64,000 nt of DNA from the human T2T-CHM13v2.0 reference genome, Homo sapiens. The translations under genes were made by a program, and so were the position numbers. The notes beneath the pieces are model-generated. The model did not search any database and was not told the DNA's origin. It was given only the letters and a program-made list of their open reading frames with translations. Where the stretch lies: the NCBI RefSeq assembly GCF_009914755.1, contig NC_060946.1; one strand, given 5' to 3'. This document shows positions 1 through 13,030 of this stretch, piece after piece (the stretch's first letter is position 1; each line of letters opens with the position of its first letter).

Positions 1-203
1 TCACACATCCAACCATGGAAAGCACATGGCCTTCATTCACCCCTAGTGAGCTCTGCCTCCACCAGGAGGCATGCGTCCACTCAGCATGCTGTCCTTCCTG
101 GTAATTCACATGAATCAGAAGCTCTGCTATGTCTTATATTAAACAGGAAAGAGGGGAGAAGACAAAGTCTTATTGATAGTTAATAAATATAGTTCATAGA
201 GTT

Positions 204-526
204 GGCTGGGCGTGGCGGCATGCCTGTAATCCCAGCACTCTGGGAGGCCGAGGCGGGTGGATCACCTGAGGTCAGGAGTTCGCGACCAGCCTGACCAATA
301 TGGTGAAAACCAGTCTCTACTAAAAATACAAAAATTAGCCAGGCGTGGTTAACCAATATGGTGAAAACTTGTCTACTGAAAATATAAAAATTAGCCAGGT
401 GCCTGTAGTCCCAGCTACTCAGGAAGCTGAGATAGAATTGCTTGAACCCAGGAGGCAGAGGTTGCAGTGAGCCGAGATCGCGCCACTGCACTCCAGCCTG
501 GGTGACAGAGTGAGACTCCATTTCAA
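204..526 (+). mobile_element. AluS-type SINE with internal duplication of the linker region
   Basis: ggctgggcgtgg...tgtaatcccagc...gagactccatttc; the linker segment occurs twice. Confidence 0.95.

Positions 527-567
<41 letters not shown>
527..567 (+). repeat. (AAT)n microsatellite derived from the Alu tail
   Basis: About 13 AAT units; produces the poly-I and poly-Y runs in the ORF track. Confidence 0.95.
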
Positions 568-568
<1 letters not shown>

Positions 569-1111
569 TTATAGAGTAGACAGAATCTTTCTGGCCACAA
601 TGGTGAGGACTTATGACAGTGATCTCAGCAGCAACAATGCAGGGACTTGGATCTGGGGACCCACAGGGCCCCATCCACCTGCAGACTCTATTTCTGCCAT
701 TCTCCCTCATTGATCCGGGGTAGGCAGCCACCCTCTGCCATGGCACAGGGAAGGAGATGGCTGGTGGGAATAAATAATTGGCACTTCCAATTTCCAGTAT
801 GAGGTTACCAGCCAACATCTAAGTGCAGCCTCTGTTTAAATGATGAACAACAGCATGCATGCTCAGGCAGGCAACCTGAAGTTTGTGACACAGACCTTCA
901 CTCCCACCTCCTCAGGGACAAACCTTCACAACCATTTTGCTATACTAATTGGGGTTACACACAAGATGTAGGGGAAGAGGAGGGCAAGAACATTGTATAT
1001 CCATGACCAAAAGGACAGGAAGAATTAAAAAGCATTGTAATTAAAATTAATGTCCTTCTCACTAAACTCTGAGGCCAGCTACTACCTTGAAACACACGGC
1101 CATCAATTACT

Positions 1112-1268
1112 CAGCAAACCTAGTCTACCCAGCAAGCCAGAATTACTCCAGAATTACACCTGGTAAGCCTCTACTACATGCAGCAAGCCTGCGGTACATC
1201 CTGGAAGCCTGTTCACATCCAGCAAGCCTATCTCACACCTGCCAGGCCCACATGACACCCAGCAAGGG
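1112..1268 (+). repeat. Degenerate ~20-bp tandem array (cagcaagcct/ctggaagcct cores)
   Basis: Cores start at 1112, 1130, 1160, 1181, 1201, 1220, 1239 and 1260. Confidence 0.6.
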
Positions 1269-1289
1269 TCTGAGTCTGACACAGACAGA

Positions 1290-1500
1290 CATGAATTCAA
1301 GTCCAAGTTCTTGAACAGCTTAACAGCTGAACAACACTGAGCCAGTATCACAGGTCCTAAGCTTTGGTCTCCTTGTTTGTGAAATGTGTATACTCTATAC
1401 CTACAGGCTTCCTGTGAGGAGCAGAAATAACATATGTAAAGCAAATTCCACATGCCTGAATATTGGAGGGGCTCAGTCCATGGTAGGTGCAGCTATCACA
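1290..1500 (+). mobile_element. MIR SINE
   Basis: gaattcaagtccaagttct...tttgtgaaatg...gtaaagc...catgcctgaata resembles the MIR core. Confidence 0.6.
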
Positions 1501-2038
1501 TCACCGTCATCGTTATTATTCCAGCAATGACACTCATCATCATTGTAATTACTATTGCTGTTATTGCCATTACAAAATTACTATTGTCCATTATACTTAG
1601 AGCTCTCTTGAGAAGTCAATTTCAAAGGCTTCCACAACACTGAAATTTAACATTCCCAAGCCTTTATCATCTGGGAGCCTTACATCCGGTCTAACCTAAA
1701 TCCTTTCTTTCTACTGCATAAGCCCATGATATTTCTAGCTCTGATTTCACCAGTAGTAGAAAAAAGCCATTTACCCTGATCTATAAACAATCTCTGCCAG
1801 TGATGATAATTTATATTTACATAATGCTTTATAGCTTATGAAGTGCAAACCCAGGTCCATAGTAGCCTGACTGTTGAAAATCACCCCACAGTTCTTGATC
1901 TTCAAAGATGGTCACAAGAAGACTTTCCCAAAGCTTAAACCGAACAAATCACTAGGAGGAAAACCAGTGCAAACTGGACTAACTGTGTTCACAGCAAATT
2001 GATTGTTACTTTTCATGATAAAACACAACATATCAGTT

Positions 2039-2330
2039 TGTTATGGACTGAATGTTTGTGTCTCCCCCAAATTCATATGTTTAGACCCTAACTTCCAATG
2101 TGAATGGGATTAGAGCCCGTATAAAAGAGATCCCAGAGAGCTCTCTTGCCCTCTTGCTGCCGTGAGAAGTCTACAGTGTACCACCCAGAAGAGGGCCCTT
2201 GCCGGAGCCCCAGCATGCTGGCACCTGAGCCTGGACTTCCAGCCTCCGGAATTGTGAGAGAGTAATTTCCATTATCTGCAAGCCACCGAGTCCAGGGTAC
2301 TTTGTTAAAGCTGCCCAAACTGACTAAGGC
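2039..2330 (+). mobile_element. MaLR LTR (MLT1A/MST-like), solo, internally deleted
   Basis: tgttatggactgaatgtttgtgtctccccc start, ggacttccagcctcc core, gactaaggca end. Confidence 0.8.
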
Positions 2331-2667
2331 AAAGTCCTTGCTGGGTTTCTGCTTTTCCTTTCTCCTCCCTGTGGGCATGCCTTCAGGCAGCAGGGAGGTC
2401 TCCAAGAAGCCCGCAGATAGGCAAAAGGAAGGGCTAGGAGCATGCTGGTTGCCACCATGGAGACAGCAGCAGAGCAGCTGTTCAGTGAGCTGACCTTTGG
2501 GGTCGGCCAGCACCCAGAGTAATTCATGGGGCAGAGAAGAGCACAGGGGTTGGAGGGCTCTGGCCCAGACAGGTGTAGGAACCAGCTTCAAATGTGCGAA
2601 TGCCCATGTCCATCAGTCCTCAGGGTGGCATTCATTTAGGGCTGCACTGGGGATGCCAAATACTCTT

Positions 2668-3700
2668 CACATTCATTCATTCAATACATGCTCACTGGGC
2701 CCTACTATGTGCAAAGCACTTGGGGAGCAGCACTACACAAAAGAGATCAAATGTCAACCTTTGGAGCATATTTTATAATAGGGGAGGGCAAGCAAACAGA
2801 CAGAATGCAGAAACAAATGAAAGATGTGGTGAGTGCCATGCAATACACAACACAGGTGCTGTGAACAGGAAACAAGATGGAGGAGGTGAAGGTGAGGAGG
2901 GTGGACTGCATTTGCAATGGGAATGTCAAGGTCACCTTGGTGGAGGAAGAGCAGTTGAACAGAGACTTGAAGGAGGCAAGGGGAGAGCCATGCAGTTACC
3001 CAAGGAGCCGCGATCTTGGCAGAGGGCATGGCCAGTGCCAAGGAAGAGCCAGCCTCTGTCTGAGGGGAGAGGAAGCTGATGTGGCTGGAGTTTCTTGAGC
3101 AAGGGGAGGATGACCAGAGCTGAGATCAGGGAGGTGGTTGGACCATGCAGGGTCTCCTAGGCCAGGCTCAGGCCCTGGTTTGTGTTTGAGGAGCCCTCGG
3201 TGGGCTCCACTGAGGGGTCGCTCTGGCTGCTGGGTTGACGATGAACTGTGGCATGGCCAGGGTGGAAGCAGGGAGGCAGTGAAGGGGATGCTGTGATAAT
3301 CACATGGGAGATGCTGGGGGGAGCAGTGGAGTGGGGTCATCTCTTCTGGAACTATCTGGAAGGGAGCCAACAGGCTTTGTTGGTGAATTGGATGTGGGTA
3401 CAAGAGGAAGAGGAGACTCAGTAAAGATGACTAGATTTTAGGCCTGAGCAACTGGGAAAAAAAGGTTGTTGTCTTTGACTGAGAACAGGAAGGATGTAGG
3501 CGGAGCGGCCCCTCTTTGGCTGTGCCCACATGGAGAAGGCAGGTAGACAGGTAGGTGCATGAGACTGACATTCAGGAGTTGCTCTGGGACATGAACTCAG
3601 GAGACGCTGGTTTATCAATGGCAGGTACAACCGGAAGCCAGAAGAACCTGCAACTGAGCTGATGACCCAAAGTTGTTCTCAGGTGACAGAAGGATGGGCC
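2668..3700 (-). mobile_element. L2 LINE 3' fragment
   Basis: Begins cattcattcattcaa...ctactatgtgc (reverse complement of the L2 3' end), then purine-rich L2 body. Confidence 0.75.
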
Positions 3701-4125
3701 AGGTAAGGAGCTGCTCTTGGACTCAGATCACAGGTGTGAGTCTCTGCCTTACCAACATCTACTGCCACTTCTCTAAGATAGTCACTTTCCACTCTGAAAA
3801 ACCAGGGGCAGACTAGGGATTATTAGTTTCCCGTGAATTTGTGAACTGACTTTAAGAATCAAGAATGCAGAGAATTGTGAGAGTTCAAGCTCATTATGCA
3901 TTACGGACAAGGACCCGTGCCACGTAGCTCAGGGTGAAATAAAATCTAGGACAAAGGGCCCTGCACGGGCAGGGATGGATGGAGTCAGATTGGCACTCGT
4001 TTAGTTTTCAGCCCCTGAAATTCAGCTCCCATGGCTACCACTCACTCCATTGAAACTGCTCTAATCAAAATCATCAATGACTGGTTATCGGCCACCTGGT
4101 CCCCAAATCAGAAATCTGGGAATGA

Positions 4126-4451
<326 letters not shown>

Positions 4452-5470
4452 TATTCCCTTATGTCTTATGTCCTATCCCTCATTTCCTATCCTCAACTCC
4501 TTATTTCTGAGTCCTTCTTGAATCTATTCTCCTGGCTCTCCCCATATGCTCATACAACAAAGGACCCTCCACGTCTTGTCTTGTTCTGGCTGGGGAGGGG
4601 AGAGGGTCTGGACTATTTCAGTAGCTACCTAATCCCATTTCTGTGCCTCTAGCCCTGCTCCGTCCTCCAGTCCATGCTCCTCCATGATGCTGCATTCTGG
4701 AGGCTTAGAAATAAGACCCATAAAAAGCCCATTCCAATGTCCGGCAGTGGGGCAGGCACCGGATGAAGGGGCCACTAATGTAATTATACTCTTCTTGGAA
4801 ATATATTTTATTGCCTTCTTCTAAATTTGTCCACATGGACACTGCTACATATTAACTGAAATGCTTTCCTTAAAAATAGCTGAGGATGATTAGCTAGACG
4901 GATCGTAATACGAATTTTAAGCAATCATTTAAATTAATTCCTGAGAAGTCTATGCAGAACCCTTCAAGCTGAGCCCTTTCTGGCAGAAACTCACCAGTTC
5001 CCATAAGCACATGCAAATCAGCACTCTGAGTTTCCCATATTTCACTGCCAGATTGTTTTGTTTTTTTTTTTTTTTTTTTTTTCATTCTAGAGGAACAAAC
5101 CATAGCTCTGTGATTGGAAACTCTCCACTGGCAGGCAGGGGCCGAGTGGCTTTGTACTCTCACCCGCAGGCTGCCCAATGATGCACAGTGCCAGGTATGC
5201 AGCAGATAGCCAAACCGCATCAATAAATGCTTCTGATATGTAAAAGCTTAAATATCAAAAGCTGGCCACATCCATATTGAAAGTATTCTCTAAGAAATGT
5301 GCCAATGACAATTTTTTGGCCAAAAAAAAAAATCCTTTTAAATTGTTGAAAGATGCCTAGAAATGGATCTGCTGCGTCCTGGGATAAGCCATTGTCCTTT
5401 AAAGTATGTTAGTATAAGAAAACAACTGAACTTCTGCAGGATAGAAACAAAGAGAAACCCATTCTCCTAC

Positions 5471-5639
5471 CTTCTTAAAGTCATGCACGTTAATTTTTCC
5501 ATTAGGCTCCTTGCTGAAGTCAAGAAATCGTTTTTTGAATGCCGGGTCCTGCTGCTGTATACACTTTTTGAATTTTTCAATCACTTCTTCTGTGGTCATC
5601 TTCTTGGTCAGGGTGGTTTTATCCTCCGTGAGCTTGGTT
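5471..5639 (-). CDS. EFCAB6: EFCAB6 coding exon I (169 nt, phase 2->0): TKLTEDKTTLTKKMTTEEVIEKFKKCIQQQDPAFKKRFLDFSKEPNGKINVHDFKK
   Basis: Acceptor cttgtgattttag|A and donor AAG|gtagga; inside ORF 5399..5659. Confidence 0.95.
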
Positions 5640-7238
5640 CTAAAATCACAAGCAGGCATTTAGACCCAGTGTCAACTGACACACGCAGGGTGCTTCCTCC
5701 AGACTGCACCCATTTCCATGTAACCCATGACAGTAAGAAGGTTTCCCATCCTCGGTTCACTAGCTGGGAAGGGTGGAGTGACTCAGGGGCTTCTTACCCT
5801 CCCCTGGCTGGTAGGTTCCAGGGCCAGAACTGGAGGTCCCCAGCACAGTGTCCAAGTGAAAGCCCATGTACAGTGGCAGGCTGGGGACAGGGGAACTTGC
5901 AGGGAGAGAATATTATGGTCCTCGAGATTTTCAGTTATGCTTTGAGCTGGCCGAAGGTGGCATGTGACCGGGCACACAGGGTTGAAAAAGGATATTTTTT
6001 GTGAAGTGGAAAAATTAAAAGTCAGAGCCCATTAGAAAGCTTTAAATGAAAGAAATAGGCTGTTTTGTGGTAACTAGATCAAGGAAGTCATCAAACATCC
6101 ATGGAAATGAAGGGAAGTCCACAGTTACTCCACAAATCGGCTTGATTTATAAAATACAAATTGAATGTGCTGTTCTGTGAGTCTCAGCGTGGATGTGTCT
6201 GAGCATGTGGGCGTGGGTGTTCGGAGGACAGCTATTTCCTCAGCTCTCTGGAAGTCTCTTGCGCCCCATATTTTTGGGGAAAAAACAGCCCTGAGACAGT
6301 CATGGAGAATGGACTTCTATTCCTTCCCCGCTGCGTCTCCTGATTTTTAAGAGCTCTCTGGGAAAGCTACATTTTATGAAATGTTTAATTGCCATTGCTT
6401 CTTTCACCAGTTTTAGGAAGCAAACATATCTTATCATGGAATATTTAACCCGTCTCTTAAAATACCATCTTTATGCCCATTTATAAAGCTGCTACTACTG
6501 AAAAGCCCAGGTATTCAAATTTAATTAGCATATCATTAAAATATTCCCATTGCTCTTTACTTAAGAACTTTTTAAAAGGGCTATGACAAAGTGAAGTCTG
6601 CTGAATAGTTCTACATTTTACCTTTCATTATGAATTTATTATAAGCAATGAATGAGCAAGTTAGAATAATATCTTTTCATTAAACTAAACCTGTATTTTT
6701 AAAATGAAGAAGAGCTAGAATATTCATCAGGCTAATTTTTTATAGATTTACTAAGTATGTTTTATTGTTACAATTCAATTTGGAAATCAGTTTAATCATT
6801 CTATCATTCATATTAAAAAATGTTAACTGATTTAATGGATGTGTGTTGCAATAAATATTAAATAGTGGCAAGGAATCTAAGTTTCTGGAAGAGAGTAAAT
6901 GTGAATGCAGGTATGTAATAGAGAAGTTACAGATTGTCCCTGGGAGTCAGGAGTCCCAGATTCTTGACCCAGGCCAGCCACTAAGTTTGTGAGCCAAGTC
7001 CCCAAACCTCTCAGACATCAGTGTTTTCATTTCTAAATTTAAAAGGTAAATTCAATAATTCCTAAGATCTCTGCTTGCTCTAAAATTCCCTGACTCTAAT
7101 TACTGTCTTTCTAGTGTGCCATCTTTCTTATTTATAAAATGAAATATTAAAATACTCAGTTGACAAATAGTTACTAAATACCTATTCCATGACAGACACT
7201 GTGGTTTTGATATGTGCATTCATTTTGCTTAATTTTAC

Positions 7239-7412
7239 CTCTCAGAAAGATCTGGCTGCTGCTGTTCATCTTTTTGTAAATGTTCACTTAACAGCTGATC
7301 CTTTGGAACAAGAACTGGAGAGACAGTGGGTGGGCCATCAATTCCTATGCATGCCAAAAGTTTCTTGTAAAGGATTCTTCCTGAACCAATGTCCTGAATC
7401 TTACTGCAGAGT
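7239..7412 (-). CDS. EFCAB6: EFCAB6 coding exon H (174 nt, phase 2->2): LCSKIQDIGSGRILYKKLLACIGIDGPPTVSPVLVPKDQLLSEHLQKDEQQQPDLSE(R)
   Basis: Acceptor ttttaaaattcag|A and donor AG|gtaaaa; inside ORF 7235..7441. Confidence 0.95.
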
Positions 7413-7439
7413 CTGAATTTTAAAAAATAATTAAAACAC

Positions 7440-8145
7440 ACTCAGTAGAGTAATTAAAACGGAAAAGACTGACCCTGCCAAGGGTTGGTGAAGATGAAAG
7501 TAACTACAACTTTCATCCACTGCTGGTGGGAATGTAAAATGGTACAACCACTCCATTCTTAGGCATTTACCAAAGAGAAATGAAAATGTGTGTCTACACA
7601 AATATATACAGCTTTATTTGTAACAGCCAAACATTACATATACAGCTTTATTGGTAATAGCCAGAAACTAGAAACAAACCATATGCCTATCAAGAGATGA
7701 ATGTATACACAAACTATGGTAAACCCATTCAATGGAATACTACTCAGCAGTGAAAAGGAAAGAACTGTTGGTATATATAAAACAAAATGAATGAATCACA
7801 AAATTGTTATGCTTGGTGAATAAAGCCAGACAAAAAAGAGAATATCTTGTGTGCTTCCATTTACATAAAGTCCTAGAAAACACAAAGTAATCTATCATGA
7901 AAGAGAGCTATCAGTGGTTTCGTGGAGGTGGGAGGAGGGAGTGATGATGAATTGCTAAAGGGCATATGGAAGATTTTTGGGGTGGCGAAAATATTTGATA
8001 TCTTGATTGATATCTTGTGATGGTTTTATGGATATTGACATATGATGAATTTCATCATATTGTATCATTTAAATGTGTGCAGAGTATTGTATATAAAGTA
8101 TACCACAATGCAGATACAGTAAATGTAAAAAAAGAATTATAAAAA
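7440..8145 (+). mobile_element. Old L1M (L1ME-like) 3' fragment
   Basis: tgctggtgggaatgtaaaatggtacaaccact...aatggaatactactcagcag..., typical of L1M 3' regions. Confidence 0.8.
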
Positions 8146-8161
8146 ATTATATGACTGAAGG

Positions 8162-8732
8162 CAGGGGCTCACAAAGTGTGGTCTGAGGACACTTCCAGAG
8201 CATCGGCGAGGCCAGAACTAGTTTTCTATTAACACTGAGGTGTGATTTACCTTCTTCACTCGATTCTTTTATGCATGTAGAGTCGAGTCCATCAGAGGCA
8301 ACATGTGTGATCATGTCCTCACTCTGACCACAAATAAAATGTATTCTTGTGTAGATTGTGCTTTCTAACATTTTTAAGGTTGTAGGCTTAGGGTGTAAAT
8401 GAGGGACTAGGGGTAGGTTTTCAGTGATTAACTCAGTTTCTTTATAGCCTTTCTACCAGGCTCTCTGCTAGAGACCTTCAGTTACACTTGCTATAACTGC
8501 TGTAACCTCATTATCGTCCAACAAACCACTATTTTGAAACTCCAAAGTTTTCCCTGAGCCTATATGAAAGCACAGCAAGTACACTTGTTTCTGCAATGAC
8601 ACTTTAAAAATGTCTCAGTTTTAATTTCTGATACAGTACATAATGACATACTCCATATGAGAAACACCTTTGGGGTTGTCAATTCTTCAGAGTATAAAAG
8701 TGTCCCGAGACCAAAAGTGCTGAGAACCACTG
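8162..8732. mobile_element. hAT-Charlie non-autonomous DNA transposon (Charlie4/MER80-like)
   Basis: TIR-like ends caggggctcacaaagtgtgg ... gtgctgagaaccactg; ttggggttgtcaat...gtcccgagaccaaaa near the 3' end. Confidence 0.65.
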
Positions 8733-9230
8733 ACCCAGGGCACATTCCCTACCTTTGCTCTGCCTCAGTTTCCTTATCTATGAAATGCAGATAATAAAAG
8801 TACCAAGGACTGCTGTAATGATCAAGTGGGAGAATCCACATAAAGCTGTTAGCACTGGGGCTGACATGCTCTGTGTATATGTGCTTAATAAATCGCAGCT
8901 GTAATAACAGTACTATGGTGTCGTTATGAGGATCTGCATATAGCTGGGGGCTGAGCATGAGCTCTGAAGCCATACTTTGCTCAATAAGTGCTCACTAGTA
9001 TTATAATCGCTCCCATAAATATTCATGTGGCTATGTATGAAGCACTGTGCTAACTACTGTTGCCACAACTGTGAACAAACCAGAACAACGCCTACCTCAC
9101 TGAACTTTGGTCAGCTGGGAGAGACTGTTCACTTGGAACAGAAGGAAAGATGGTCTGAAAGTCCAGGGGCAAGAGAGGGCCCAGCGTTTTCAAGGAGTGG
9201 AAAGCAGGTCAACATAGCTGGAGCTGAGAC

Positions 9231-9260
9231 CAGCAGCAGCAGCAGCAGCAGCGGCAGCAG
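9231..9260 (+). repeat. (CAG)7 CGG (CAG)2 trinucleotide repeat (CTG on the EFCAB6 sense strand, intronic)
   Basis: Read directly from the sequence. Confidence 0.9.
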
Positions 9261-9459
9261 CAAACACTGGCTGAGACCTCACCATATGCTTGGCCCTGAG
9301 GTAGTAAGGCTTTGTGTATAAGATCTCATTTGATCCTTATCACAACTCTAGTAAGAAATATCTGGATGAAGAAATAGAGGCTCAGAGAGGTTAAGTCACT
9401 TGCCCAGGTTTGGAGCTGATTCAACCCAGGCAGCCCAGCTGCACAGTCTCAGCTCCTGA

Positions 9460-9920
<461 letters not shown>

Positions 9921-10339
9921 TGAAATCTTTGCTTCTTGAACAATACAAGATATTACTAAAAAGCAAAGGAGAGATATTTGCTTGCAAGAAATGAAGGAAA
10001 AAGAGAGCTCAGGAATCATAGAGACCCAGGAGGGAACTCAGGCCTCACAACTCACCAGCTGTGTGAGTTGGAGTGAGTATTTAACTTCTCCAGACCTCTG
10101 TTTCTTTGTCCATAGAAAGGAATAATGTTAGCTACCTTACATGGCTGTGATAAGGACTATATCATATAATGCATGTCAAACTCTTAAGCAATGTCCAGTG
10201 CTAAGCAAGGATTCAGCAAATAGCAGTTATTATCAATACTACCTATTAATATTTCAAAAACACACAGAAAAGGTTTAGAATTATGGAACAGGCCTGATGA
10301 AAAACACGACATGAATTAATTTTGTTACAAAAAACTTAC

Positions 10340-10500
10340 TTTATGAAATGTGCATTCGTTAAAAATGGACAGAAGACGTGCATGATTTTCTTGAAATTAT
10401 TTCGGCCAATGCGCCCTGTGTCTCCAAGGTCATATGAGCGTAGCATGTTATAAAAAGCTTGTAGGTTCCTAGTAATTGTATCATGAACAATTTCTTCCAC
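10340..10500 (-). CDS. EFCAB6: EFCAB6 coding exon G (161 nt, phase 0->2): VEEIVHDTITRNLQAFYNMLRSYDLGDTGRIGRNNFKKIMHVFCPFLTNAHFI(K)
   Basis: Acceptor ttttttaatgttag|GTG and donor AA|gtaagt; EF loop DLGDTGRIG; translated by hand. Confidence 0.95.
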
Positions 10501-10612
10501 CTAACATTAAAAAACAAACATATTTCCTAAGCCATACATCTGTAACCTCTTGTAACAGTAACCTCAAACCATATAGGAAGGCATCCACACAAAGAAGGCA
10601 AGTGTTACTTAC

Positions 10613-10672
10613 TGAATCCCAGGCCAGGAGGAAAGGTGTCTTAGCATCTGTACAGGGAGATGTCTTTCTCAT
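10613..10672 (-). CDS. EFCAB6: EFCAB6 coding exon F (60 nt, phase 0->0): MRKTSPCTDAKTPFLLAWDS
   Basis: Acceptor tttctctttcccaattag|ATG and donor TCA|gtaagt; followed by a 112-nt intron. Confidence 0.93.
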
Positions 10673-10856
10673 CTAATTGGGAAAGAGAAAGTATATAAAT
10701 AAATACCACTCATGAAAGTCATTAGGAGCTTTGGAGGCAGGTGGACCTGGACTGGAATCCTAGCTCTGTCCCTAATTAGCCATTAGCTTTGAGACCTTGA
10801 ACAACGGAGCTTGCCCTCTAATACCCATCTGAAAGTAAGGATTATAACACTTAACT

Positions 10857-11259
10857 TGAAATACTATGCAGACATAAAAAGAATGAGATCATGTCTTTTG
10901 CAGGGACATAGACGGAGCTGGAGGCCATTATCCTTAGCAAGCTAACACAGGAACAGAAAACCAAATACCACAGGTTCTCACTCATAAGTGGGAGCTAAAT
11001 GATGAGAACTCATGGACACATAGAGGAGAACAATGCACACTGGGGCCTATCGGAGAACAAGAGAATTTTCACCCTCAGGAGAATGAGGATGGAGGTTGGG
11101 AGGAGAGAGAGGATCAGGAAAAATATAATAACTAATGGGTACTAGGCTTAATACTTGGGTGATGAAATAATCTGTACAATAAACCCCCATGACACAAGTT
11201 TACCTGTGTAACAAACCCGCATTTGTACCCCTGAACTTAAAATAAAAGTTAAAAAAAAA
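10857..11259 (+). mobile_element. L1PA (old primate subfamily) 3' end inserted into a MIR (10725-10856)
   Basis: aagaatgagatcatgtc...gaacttaaaataaaagttaaaaaaaaa; TSD-like ataacacttaactt / atagcatttaactt. Confidence 0.85.
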
Positions 11260-11852
11260 TAGCATTTAACTTTCACTTAAGGAAAAGTACAATAAACACA
11301 CAAAAAAACCCATCACCTAGAAATTAAATAAATGCAAAGTAGAAGAATAACGAGATGGTATTTTTGCCTATCAGAATGGCGAAAACGCAAAAGTAAGCAA
11401 ATTACCTGCACAGGTGGGGGTTTCAGAAATGGTGGGAGTGTAAACTGATCTAACTTTCTGGAAGGTATTTTTGTCTCAAGGTACATTTGGATACTATTTG
11501 ACAATTTGATAATTTACAGACTCTACAGCAAGGAAGGCTGCCGCTGGGGAAGAGAACCGGTAGCTAGGGACTGGTGGAGAAAAAAAACTTCCTTTCACTC
11601 CATCCCCTCTTGTGTCCTTTGCATTCTGTACTTTATACATATCATTCTCTTTAAAAATTATTAAAATAGTAATAGAATAAAACATATTCTTTGACCCAAT
11701 AATTCCATTTCTTAAAATTTATAACTAAAGAAATAATTACATAGAGTAATACAAAAAAGCAAGTGCCAAGATGTTCATTGCAGCAAAATTTTAAAAATAA
11801 AAAATAAATGAACATCCAAATTATAACAGTTATTTAGTATATTTTAAAATTA

Positions 11853-12165
<313 letters not shown>

Positions 12166-12245
12166 TAGATAGCAGAACTTTTATTGACGTTAAGTGTTAA
12201 CAGTATGTTAATAAGTGACAATATAGACTAAAACGTCATTATATG

Positions 12246-12349
12246 TGGCGTGAACCTGGGAGGCAGAGCTTGCAGTGAGCCGAGATCGCGCCACTGCACT
12301 CCAGCCTGGGTGACACAGCAAGACTCCGTCTCAAAAAAAAAAAAAAAAA
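12246..12349 (+). mobile_element. Severely 5'-truncated AluY (about 85 bp plus polyA)
   Basis: AluY diagnostics ggcgtgaacc and gagcttgcag; TSD aaacgtcattatatg / aaaagtcattgtatg. Confidence 0.85.
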
Positions 12350-12629
12350 GTCATTGTATGGTCTTGCTTTTAAATAAAATAGCTACAATCTACAGAAGTG
12401 TGTGTCCAAACTCATCAAACTGCATATATTAAATATGTACAGTTTTTGAATATCAATTACACCTCAGTAAAGCTGTTTTTAAAAAACAGAAGTATGGGTA
12501 TGCATGTATGTGGATTTGGAAGAATATACAGCAAAGTATAACAGCAAATAACAATGCTTTGGTGTTAGAATTAGTGGTGACTTTTATTTTCGCCTATTGC
12601 ACATCTATGTTTTCTAATTTTTCCAATTC

Positions 12630-13030
12630 CTTCATTCATGTTTATTCATTCATTCAATAGATTGTGTGAGTGTGGCTGACACTGCCTATCCCCTATAGTA
12701 CAATGGGCAGTGATAACAGAAAGGTCTCTGCCTTTGTGGAGACAGGACCACATCAGGCCACAAATGTGACTCTGAGACTGGGAGGGTCCCTGCGCAGGCT
12801 CCGGGGGTGCTGAGCTCTGGAGATGGTAACCTGGGTCACGAGGAACTGGAAGGAATCCCAGGTAGCAGATGCAGCACAGGCCAAGGCCTGGGAGGGGCAG
12901 CCAGGGAGCCTGAGGAACTGGATAAGGAGGCCTTCCCAGAAAGCCACTGGAAAGGTGAAGGCATGAAGACAGGCATGATCTGTTTTATACTAGACAAAGA
13001 TCACACCACTTGCCACGTAGAGAAGGGATT
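12630..13030 (-). mobile_element. L2 fragment
   Basis: ttcattcat...attcattcattcaa start, then L2-like body. Confidence 0.55.

Noticed and set aside
20-170. Possible next EFCAB6 exon after a polypyrimidine tract near 140-170
   Set aside because: The required phase-0 frame hits stops right after each candidate AG, so the next exon is probably outside the window.
180-818. 212-aa ORF with a poly-Tyr run (and the overlapping poly-Ile ORF)
   Set aside because: It is a translation of an antisense Alu plus the (AAT)n tail, with no splice or homology support.
1112-1268. CRISPR-like repeat-spacer reading of the 20-bp array
   Set aside because: The units are about 10+10 bp and degenerate, the context is a primate intron, and there are no cas genes.
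4025-4040. RFX X-box-like motif gctcccatggctac (also gttaccacggtttc near 38087)
   Set aside because: These are partial matches far from a promoter; the first lies at an L2-like fragment. Such matches are expected by chance.
5363-6004. 213-aa + strand ORF
   Set aside because: It is the antisense shadow of EFCAB6 exon I and has no recognisable domain.
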